The notes beneath the pieces were generated by a model. It did no database searches and was not told the origin of the DNA. It worked only from the letters and a program-made list of their open reading frames with translations. The position numbers were made by a program, and so were the translations under genes. A DNA stretch of 27,303 nucleotides from Catajapyx aquilonaris (lineage: Eukaryota). Within the stretch, counting starts at the first letter, position 1. Every line of letters starts with the position of its first letter. Location of the stretch: positions 124,001-151,303 of the forward strand of contig JYFJ02000290.1 of assembly GCA_000934665.2 (NCBI GenBank), read 5' to 3'. Positions 11,684 through 21,190 of this stretch are shown piece after piece.

Positions 11684-12662
11684 TCAGTACCCTTCATCCG
11701 ACCAGGTGATGTTGCTTCCGTAGCTCGGATACTTCTTCTTCAGCAGGTCCACAGTTACCGAATGATCCGCTTTGCCAAATCCCTGCGAAATAAATAACTC
11801 AGTAAGTCGTTTGATATCGGCACAAACCTACGGAAAAAGCCGATCACTGATGAAAAATTAATTGCCGGATAAGCTATTGTTGAGATGACACATCAATAAA
11901 ACATTGTGACCTGAGAGGCCAATGGATCAGGTTAGTTTATGTTATTTAACCTAACCTATAGATGAATTGGTGAAGGCATGGCAAATGTACCGTAAGTGAA
12001 CAAATTGCTTTTTAAAGTCCGCAAGATTGTGCTCTGCTGTCCCCACTCTGTCGCTTTAAATAAAAATTAGGATGAGAGGCCTTCTTCTTATCCAGCCTCG
12101 TTTACCTGGAGATGAATTATCCGTGGAAGCTCCGGTTGTAATTACCACAGAATCCTTTATAATCCCCGCAGTACAAGGTCGGGCAGCGGGAGGAAAAGAA
12201 AAAGAAGGAAATGTCCCCCTCAGGTGTATAGATTTTCTCGTTTCCAGCTACATGTGGTGGAAACTTCTGAGACGTTGCTCGCAATTCTAGGAAATCACTT
12301 CGGGGTCAAAACTGTTTACTCGGATTAGTCCGCATTTCCTTGTTAGTTATGCAGTACTCTACATAGGTACAGGATAACTACTCCTATGAGACGTGTTGTG
12401 TCAACTAATATTTTTGACAAAAGCCGCAGATTATTAATTTGTCAAAATTGTAGCGATGCTTCCCAATATACAGTAATTTGCAACTATTAACTCGTACGTT
12501 GCATGCATACAAGCAGTGCACGCTTTAGTACCTGCGAGTATCCGAAGACTTGTATGGTCTTCTCGGATGCCTTGTGCAGTATCCGGCCACCTCCGAGGCA
12601 CTCTGTGTCCAGCCCTGGGCCCATACCCTGCACCGTACCAGACACCTTGTCGTATATGTCTC
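11684..12662 (-). CDS. PHPT1: 14-kDa phosphohistidine phosphatase (janus/ocnus family), last two coding exons only; 5' exon not located
   Basis: Exon 12662-12532 ([32 protein letters not shown]) splices GT-AG over 749 nt to exon 11782-11684 ([32 protein letters not shown]). This matches human PHPT1 [23 protein letters not shown] as recalled. Minus-strand AATAAA at 11621-11626. Confidence 0.92.
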
Positions 12663-13701
12663 CTGAAACAACACCAAAACGACAGGTAATTAGTTTAAGA
12701 ATATAAATTAAATTTAAAATACGGCACACTTGACACTAACCAAAGTACAAGTTTAGACAATAGTAGTACCACATTCCTTACATAGATGGCTGATGACTCA
12801 CCTTGGGACAGACAAAGTCACAGGAGCCAATTTTATGTCGTCTCGACCGCGTCTAACTGTCACTCAACATTGTACAGACTGATCCATCCCGTGCCCTAGA
12901 GGGCAACAGGATTGATGGGTCAGTGTGCCAAAAAATCTCGCAAATTTTACTCTCTCTACTTTATCCAGCGCAGTAAAGAGCAGTTAAAATGGGAAAGTGG
13001 GCTTGGGGCTACGGTTAATTTGGCAATGTGCTAATGGGTCTAGTCATTTACTCTTCTTTTCCCGCCCTGAAGCTACATGCTAATTCGGTTGCAAATAACT
13101 TCAATGGATTTTTTTTTTTTTTACTAGTTCAGTTTCGGAGCGGCTCTGCGAAAAAGGCGCGTTTTGCATATTGTTGACAATCAGTCATTCACGCTCAGTG
13201 TTAATTAACCGGCAGTGATTAAACAATCAGCAGGAGGGAGTCAATGCCGATGATGCCATAATTAAATGGTTAGGTCATTTTACATTGTTCTGAAAAGGCG
13301 AATTGTTAATAATATAATAACACCAATAATTAAAGGGACATACACTCCACTCAAAATTCCAGTCGTGGGCTCTAAAAATCGGGCAAAAAAAATCCTGACT
13401 CCGAGGGTATATAAGCAGTTTTTCTGAGAGACGAACGGTAAGGCCAGGGCGAAGGCTGGAAGTGTGTCGTTCGAAAACCGCGCTCAAACGGGCTCGGCGC
13501 CCAGCAATGTTCCCAGCAGTGTCACTTTCCCAAGTGAACAATTGTATATACAGTTCCGCTCATAAAGAATGGTACGACTCTATATGGACGACATGTCTAT
13601 TCTGACTATCCAGCATTATTTCCAACCTGATTTCGTCGCGACACTATGGACAACCTTGTCCTAGATCCCATAAACGTAGGCAGGATATTGCTTCCAACTA
13701 T

Positions 13702-14342
13702 TTATTGCCACATCCCACATGGTGTGCTCTTATGGCATCTCGAGTTACAGAGTACGTTTTTCTGGAAGCAACCACATCTAGCAGTTCGGCATCGTACCTT
13801 TGACAGCTGGCACATACACTTCCTGAACCCTTGTCCCCCCGAAAACGCAACCACTGCCTCCCTGACTGACAAAGTCTTATACTGACGCACATCATCAAGG
13901 GTCACAAACTGCACCAGGGTCTTGCGCAGGTCCTCTTCCCTATATACTGCCAGCCGTTGATTACACAGCGCAAAAAAAAAAGATTATAATTCGGCGTGTT
14001 ACTCGGAAACCACTATGTACTGTACATCATGTTAACCAAAGTAGCTGGGAAACGCCCGGGATTTCTCTCCTAAAATGTGCAGGGGGTCAGGGTGCCGACA
14101 CTCCATGATTTGGTCTTGTGGTCGTGCAACCAAGCCCGCAGCATCTTCTCCACGTCTTGATTGCTCCTCTCCACGCTCCCCTGTGTCTGGGGGTGTCTTG
14201 GCCTGCCATATGAACAATGATGCATTCTGGCCACATTGTACGCAGTTCCTCGATGACGTGATTCACAAATTCCCGTCCGTTATCGCTCTGTAGGATGACT
14301 AGGAGCTGAGGAGCTCCAAACACCAGGAAGATGTCACTCATG
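13702..14342 (-). mobile_element. Degenerate KRBA2/SCAND3-like (rve integrase, Ginger/GIN-type) transposase fragments
   Basis: 14342-14095 reads DIFLVFGAP..ILQSDNGREFVNHVIEEL..WPECIIVH, then after a 2-nt frameshift GRPRHPQTQGSVERSNQDVEKMLRAW (second D and E of the DDE triad). 13914-13702 encodes the Cys-rich tail SVREAV..GGQGFRKCMC..CRTARCGCFQKNVLCNSRCH. Internally deleted. Confidence 0.88.
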
Positions 14343-14985
14343 GATGACCTTAGCGACCCAGAAACCTCCTGAAACCACATCTCACATACGATATGTAGGG
14401 TAAAACACGCCAATAAGTTGTAATTAGGCTATATAGGAAATGGTGTAATCTCGGACCCATCTTGTTTTTGGGATACAAGGACCCAAAATCCAGAGTGCTA
14501 ACAGCGATTTTCGAAATCAGCATGGTCGAATTAATCTAAAAAGGCTCGTTAGCAGCTTGTTTCCAATTCTGCTTCTAACCATCAGAAGGAGACACGTTTT
14601 TTTTTCAGATTTTTTTCCTATAGACTGGTTGGCTGGTGTGACTGCCCCCCGCGCGCTTGCTGTGTGAACACTACTGTTGAGCAATTTCTGCATAAATTAG
14701 TAGTTTACCTGACATGAGTCCACGTCAGCAGATCTATTGCTGCTCCCGGAATTCGAGGCGTGCCGGAGTTTTTTTTTTTTGCGGCAAGAAGACAAGGTCA
14801 CAGCTGGCTTCTTCTTGGCGCAAAAAAGAAAACAATGCTCTGGGCGTTCCACCAGTGTCACGGTTGGGAGGGTCAGTCAACTTGGTTACATCACAACTCT
14901 CTTTAACAGAAACCTTGATCATTATTGGGCTAATAATAATTATAATAGGGATAAATTAAAGAGAGCGATAAATGGGGGTTAGATT
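14339..14985. repeat. Duplicated block, homologous to 19341-20050; its first ~250 bp is an inverted copy of repeat E
   Basis: Shared anchors agggtaaaacacgccaataagttgtaatta, cttctaaccatcagaaggagacacg, ctctttaacagaaaccttgatcattattgggctaat, ttagattaat. Confidence 0.85.
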
Positions 14986-16039
14986 AATCTCCTGCCTACG
15001 GGAACCTTCGGTTTTATTTGGCAGGAAAAACCTCCAGACATAGATTTACAGGTGAATAATCATCTGTTCAGTACAGGAAGTCCGATAAAAATTTACGTTG
15101 GGTACAGTACGACCAAATACAGAGACAACAGAGTGTCTGAGCGGGAAGTCCCATTTTTTAAAGTAGATCCTGCCTGCGACCGACTAATATTTCTTGGAAT
15201 ACTGACCGGAAATGGTCGCGACATTATCAGTCGGAGAAAGGAGCTGGTGTGAAGCCCCTTTTGGCGCGCGTTTGGTATGCGTTGCATATTTCTAGCGCCC
15301 CATAATCCACCAATCTTTTTAGGGGTCTTTTACACGAGGACATACAAGTACAAGCGGTTGATACAACCGTGCCGTGGGGTCTTTTAGGACCTCACGCCAT
15401 ATTTTAATTTTTATTAATTTTTATATAATATACTTTTCAATGTATTGACTATAATTATACAATCATTCTTTGAACAATGCCTAGAATGATCGCTAACTCA
15501 AAATAAACATGCTCTTCCTGGAGCCTATCCGTCCTCTTCCTCCACTGAGGATTACGATTTTGAACTACGTGAGACAGCTGAAGGAGGGGAGGAGGAGGAA
15601 GAATGTGCCGCAGTCAAGACACATATTACGATAACCTCTATAGAAGAGTGTGCCAGCTCAATCCAGAGATTTGCCACTGTCCCTGATGAGGCTTTGCCTG
15701 TGTTGCTTGAAGATTGGGGCGAACCTCCTGATGATCAGGATGAGTGGGAGAAGAGGCGGGAGAGGAGAACCAGGGCAGACCTGGGGTTGGATGGAGAAGA
15801 CAGAACAGAGCTCAAGTAGAACGTGTGCAAAGTGAACCGCATTGGCCAGTGGATCCCAGCGCTGCTAGCTGCTTCCCATTCAAGCTTGCATTGCTTCAGA
15901 AGAGCTCATCACAGTCGGAGGTGTCTCGTGCCTGCAGGAAAACCTCTGGATTTCAGACCCAAGTTTGACCAGGTCACAGGTAAGCAATGACCAGTTGTTC
16001 AGCCTTATTATAGTCCTTGAGAAAAATCAGTATTCCGCG

Positions 16040-16315
16040 CCTGATGGTTATAGAAGAAGAAAAATAATTGGAAACAAGTTTCTATAACGCAAGCCTTTTT
16101 ATACTATAATACCATATTTACAACGTGCTTTACACTAATCGCAAATGAAGTGTGGTTAGTGGTTTTAGGGAGTTTTCTGGGTCGCTGTGGTCAATCAGGA
16201 AATACTCCAGGTCGTGTGATGTCACCGTAAGTAGAAAATCTGAAATGACCGTTAATAATTATGGGCCTACTTGTACAGATTTGAGAGGTCTTGATTATAA
16301 CACGTACACGTTATA
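16040..16315 (+). repeat. Repeat E (~350-bp dispersed repeat, probably derived from a non-autonomous DNA element), plus copy
   Basis: ctgatggttatagaag..aattggaaacaag..aagccttttt and tttctgggtcgct are reverse complements of 14339-14590 and 19240-19590; direct homologue at 20881-21190; partial copy at 16765-16860. Confidence 0.75.
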
Positions 16316-16331
16316 GAGCATCACAAAATGC

Positions 16332-16580
16332 GGGGTTGGTGTAGTGTACTGCAACACAGCACTATGTAATAGTTGTGAGGTAGGACGTGATGTCAATGCC
16401 AATAATTTGGGTTCCCCGCCACTTGCGGACTTGACCTTCGTACCTGTGCCAATTGCAAAGGGACTGAGATAGGAATTTAGGAATGCTCGCAGGCTAATTT
16501 ATGCAAAGAGAGGGTATGTAATTATAGAGGGCGCGCTATACATTACAGCATCCTTAGCAGCAACAACGCAACTGCCGAAG
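16332..16580 (+). repeat. Duplicated block C, homologous to 20056-20400, promoter-like
   Basis: Shared ttgtgaggtaggacgtgatgtcaatgccaataattt, ccaattgcaaaggg, ggaatgctcgcaggctaatttatgca, ttagcagcaacaa. Confidence 0.85.
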
Positions 16581-17104
16581 ACTTCTGTAGATTGGCGGCG
16601 GCCGGCGATCCCATCCATTCCCACCAGCCCGCCTGATTGAGAAAGGCTTCTCCAAGTCGGAGGTGTAAACTCTCGTGTCTACACAAGCCTCCGCATTTTT
16701 CACCAATTCCAGCAGAAGTACTGACCAAGGCCAATGGCCATGCAGCAGGTAAGAAATCATCTGTTCAGCGACCCCGATGATTACGAAATTAGCAATCTGG
16801 ATATTTGGGCCCTTGTGCCCCCAAAACAAGGTGCCGTCCAAGATAGATTCATTTCCCATTCAGACGAAGAAGAAAAAAACGGTCATACAGCAAATTTCCG
16901 GATGGGTTTGTCGCGACATCTTATACACAAAACGAAGGCCGTACCGGTGTAGTATTTTGACACACTGACAATAATTGAGCGTTCGGCTTTGTTCAGGACA
17001 CCCCCCCCCCCCCATCCCTCGTAAAAAAAAGAGCGCCCAGTCAGATATGGAAGCAACGAATATTTGCATCCTTGCACTATTGGGTAACCTCGGTCAGGTC
17101 ACTC

Positions 17105-17105
<1 letters not shown>

Positions 17106-17186
<81 letters not shown>
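17106..17186. repeat. Perfect (AAT)27 microsatellite
   Basis: 81-nt uninterrupted AAT run; it explains the poly-I and poly-Y ORFs in the track. Confidence 0.97.
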
Positions 17187-17187
<1 letters not shown>

Positions 17188-17242
17188 GATAACAATGTTT
17201 CCCCCTCTTCTCTCCCTATAGACTCCAGAGCGCAATCCAATG

Positions 17243-19060
17243 ACACGCAGCCCACGGCTTCCACACACACCACGCAAAAGATTCATTCTCAGGGATTCTC
17301 AAGGTTAAAGCCCAGGGCAGTGTCAGTAGTATTAAACACAGCCATCAAGTAATTGAACACAGCCGCCGAATCTGCCTCCCACGTGCTACTAACTAATCCA
17401 TTTTCTTTGAATGTTGGCCCCTGTGTTTGATGGCGGATATCTATCTCACGCATTGATAATAATCCAAAGTATCATTGAAGCGACCTTGTTTAAAAGCTGC
17501 GTAACATGTGGTGTGTATGAGTGGCCAAATTCGCTTGAACTCCGTATACTTTTTATCTGAAAAGGACGAGCCTCAGCGCGAAACCAAATTTTGAGGATAA
17601 CACAAAATATTAGTCCTGCTCGTGGTTCTGCCCATTCCGGCTATTTTATTTCCTTTGGCTATTACTTTATTATCTTACAGTTAGTGAATATTCCTCATTA
17701 GTAAAAGAATATTATAATGTCGTACATTACATCTAAAAATTGTCCATGAAAGTTGCATTTGAATGTAAACTTTTCATAATAATAACAGCTTGGATTTCAA
17801 AGGGCAGGAAAGATTTGTCTGTGTGAAATTATTTTTAAAATATTGTTACACAGTTACAAATTAATTTCCATGATTTTATGCTTCGTCATTACTTTCTGCT
17901 GCATTCGTTCATAAAATGCCATGTGTTTTGGGGGGGAGGGGGGGGGGGGTGTAGTAGCCTCTCCTTGGGTGTTTCCAACTCACTTTCACTCGAGGATATT
18001 TTGTATCAATTGTCATGTAACAATCTCACATTGCGTAATCAGGAGTGAGACACGGATATGAGAGGGAACCATCCATATTATATCTGCCAACTTGGAAAAT
18101 GGCAATGCAACTCTGCGACGGAGTCGGTTTAATTACTTGCTCCAATAATACCCCATTTATCATGTACAGAAGCATTTGAGTCATGCCGTTTTCATTCATA
18201 CCTGTAACACTCGTTGAAACTCAAGAGCAGGCGCCCGGAGAAATATATAAAACGCTAAGGACCATGATGCAAATCAATATTATGAATTGGTATTAAACTG
18301 CAACAATCATGCTATTGTTTGTGAAGGTTGCTTGCCCCAATCTGTCACTCATTTTATTTGCACAAAAGGAACCAGGACAGAGCCCTGTGTACAGCGAGAT
18401 ATAATGAGAAGATCGGACACTTTCAGCACTTGATGTGATGGCAAGTCATTTCCCCCCATCCTTACACTCTCATTTGCACAGTATTGTGATCTTGCTTTTA
18501 ATTCATCAACATCAAGTCGATAGCTGGACTTGTTTAAAAAGTGGGACTTCCCATCACTGAAACACGCTCTATTTTTTCAGGACCAATCCAAAATTCCGTA
18601 TGTAATGCAAGGATTGGCAAAAATCAATCATTTTGCAATTAGGCAAATGCGACAATTTACTATGAACTACGAATGCAGGGTGCACATTATATTCGGCGAC
18701 AACTCAAATATCTTGACTCAAGAGAGTCCACTGACATACCTATATACCCCCACTGTATATCACTAATTTGCAGGTGCGTAGTCGACTCATGTGCATGTTT
18801 TCTCATTTTCAGAAGCCAGGGATAAGGTTCGACGCAGGCTTACCTTTGACAACAAGATCGACCACGAGGAAGTGGTGCAGATGCAGAGGGCCGAAGTGGA
18901 AAAAAGTATTAATGTGGCTACGGGAGAAGTACACGTTCGAGTGGGTGAAGGTGACCCCTGAGGCTGACGCTTGAGGAGGAAGAGCCAGGCTGCCTTCAAG
19001 ATGAGAAGGCGAACGGAGTATAGTACTGCAGTTACTTAGTCATTTTTTAAAAAAACGCTT
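17243..19060 (+). repeat. Segmental duplicate of the CDK-inhibitor locus (22127-24060)
   Basis: Collinear anchors: aacacagccg..gaatc, tggccaaattcgctt, cgttcataaaatgcca, aacactcgttgaaactcaaga, aaaacgctaaggacc, ggtattaaactgcaacaatcatg, ttttatttgcacaaaaggaacc, caggtgcgtagt, ttttcagaagcca. Confidence 0.9.
18818..18974 (+). pseudogene. Cip/Kip CDK inhibitor pseudogene (paralog of 23766-24029)
   Basis: After the same acceptor (tttcag|aagcc) the ATGTCT is absent. It reads RDKVRRRLTFDNKIDHEEV.., then frameshifts to REKY[NFD..PLDG missing]TFEWVKVTPEADA*. Confidence 0.82.
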
Positions 19061-19239
19061 TGTGTATATGTATGTACAGTACACGGGTAGCAAAGATACA
19101 CATCAGATACGCAATGCTTGGCATGCAAGTATACTGTAAGTACCGGTACTGGACTTGTTTGATGGTTACAATCCTTTGACTATACATTTGTCATAATACA
19201 GTATAATAAAATATTGCTAGTGACAACGTATTCTGTTAC

Positions 19240-20050
19240 ATCCTTATGAGTGTGTTACAAGCAAGACCTTTCAAATCCATACAACTTCCAGCCATTTCAG
19301 ATCTTCTATTTTCGGTGACGTCATATGACCTTGGGTCACCCATGGCTGATCTTAGCGACACAGAAAACCCCTAAAACCATATCTCACATGCGATATTTAG
19401 GGTAAAACACGCCAATAAGTTGTAATTATAGGAAATGTCGTAATCTCGGACCCCATCTTGTTTTGGGGGGACAAGGACCCAAAATGCAAAGTGCTAACAG
19501 CGATTTTCGATATCAGTGTGGTCGAATTAGTCTAAAAAAGCTCGTTAGCAACTTGTTTCCAATTAAGCTTCTAACCATCAGAAGGAGACACGAATACAGA
19601 TTTTTCTCCTATTATTATAGACTGCCCCCTGCGTGCTTGCTGTGAACATTACCGTTCAGCAATATCTGCATAAATAGTAATGGATGGGTGCTGCTGGCAA
19701 ATCCCCGCACCCTATTTACCTGACATGAGTCCACTTCTGCAGATCTATTGCTCCCGGAAATGAAGGTCAAATCATATTCGGGGCGTGCCAGTTTTTTTGC
19801 GCCAAGAAGACAAGGTCAGCTGCTGCCTTCTTCTGGGCAAGAAAACAAACGCAAAAACAAGCAAAAAAAAAACTCTGAGCATTGCACCAGTGTCACTACG
19901 TCCCACTACCTCGTTGGACGAGATGGTTGGGAGGGTCAGTCAACTTTGTTACATCACAACTCTCTTTAACAGAAACCTTGATCATTATTGGGCTAATCAT
20001 TATTATAATATGGATAAATTAAAGAAAGAGATAAATGGGGATTAGATTAA
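19240..20050. repeat. Inverted repeat E copy (19240-19590) plus the block shared with 14590-14985
   Basis: The reverse complement of 19240-19345 (aggtcatatgacgtcaccgaaaatagaagatctgaaatg..tttgaaaggtctt) matches 16210-16292 and 21093-21191. Confidence 0.8.
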
Positions 20051-20880
20051 TATAGAGGTTGGTGTACTGTACTGCAACCTAGCCAACGAACCCAGCACTA
20101 TGTAATAATTGTGAGGTAGGACGTGATGTCAATGCCAATAATTTGTATTCCCCGCCCACTTCCGTGCGGACTTGACCTTCATATACCTGGGCCAATTGCA
20201 AAGGGGCTGAGATAGGAATGAAGGAAGGAATGCTCGCAGGCTAATTTATGCAGAGAAGGTGTATATAGATGGCGCGATTCTCTTTGCCCTCCACCCCCTC
20301 CCCGCCCCTCGCCCTTTCATTGGGGGTGGATTCATAATAATTACTCCCGTCGCATACATTACAATGATTACATCATTAGCAGCAACAATGCAACTGACTG
20401 AATTCCGTACCAATGGAAATGAAAAATAAAGGCAGTGCAGCATCCTCCAAGGAATGGGTATCACACATGTGAGTTGCTTTTCGATGCGTCTAAACCGTCT
20501 AGAAGTCGTGGTTCCCATGCAAACTTTTTTCGGGTCGCGACCCTCTATGATAGTCAAGTAACCTGCGAGCCTCAGCCCCCGGAGTATTAGTAGAAGATTA
20601 ATGTAGTGCAGACATATTAAAACATGGTTTTAAAAAACGTTCGTTGTGAAATTTCCTATAAAATTGAAAGTGAAAGTCACCGCGGCCACCGCGCGACTCC
20701 CCCGGAAGAGGCTTCGTGACCATACACCCCCCCCCCCCCCCCCCCCCCCCCACNTTCCATGAACAGTTTCGGCAGGACAAAGCCTCCTGGATTTTAGACC
20801 TTCAAACGGAAGCCTTCAGTCAGGTGATCTTTCAGCTATAGTCACCATATAAGTGTTAGTCGTGCAAAACCAGTTGTTCT

Positions 20881-21190
20881 CGGATGGTTAGAAGCAAGAA
20901 ATGGGCCTTTGTAGACCCGAAATTAGCACTCTTGATTTTTTGGTGTTTGTGCACCCAAAGACAACATGGCACCAATATTGCGCCATTTCCTGGCCAATTA
21001 CAAAGCATTAGCCTGCTTTACCCTACATATCGCGGAGTGAGGTATATGGTTTTTACGGAGGAATCTATAAGACCAGCTGTGTGAGTGACTCGAGGTCATG
21101 CGACGTCATCAGAAGTACAAAATTTTGAACCGATGATGGATAATTTTATGGATTCGAAAGGTCTTGTTCATGTCATACACACGTATAAGG
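20881..21190 (+). repeat. Repeat E, plus copy
   Basis: gatggttagaagca, ttagcactct.gatttt, tttaccctacatatcg and aaggtcttg..ataagga are shared with the other copies. Confidence 0.75.

Noticed and set aside
12789..12830. CTGATGA as a hammerhead ribozyme core
   Set aside because: No stem II followed by GAAA and no matching stems I/III.
12796..12900. Strong minus-strand donor AAG|GTGAGT near 12801 as the end of PHPT1 exon 1
   Set aside because: The required phase-1 frame has a TGA six codons upstream and no PHPT1 similarity; it could only be a non-coding or alternative exon.
16734..16952. ORF MAMQQVRNHLFSDPDDYEISNL aligns without gaps to the CKI start (MSRDKVRRNLFGPVNHEEVSEI) and looked like a third paralog
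   Set aside because: The RxL arginine and the NFD/EW core are absent, and the DNA from ~16765 is a partial copy of repeat E, so the similarity is probably coincidental.
16975..17352. Poly-Ile and poly-Tyr ORFs
   Set aside because: Artefacts of the (AAT)27 microsatellite.
20727..20754. Poly-C run with an N (and poly-G at 17930-17949) as functional G-quadruplex elements
   Set aside because: Simple homopolymers of uncertain length next to an ambiguous base; no supporting evidence.
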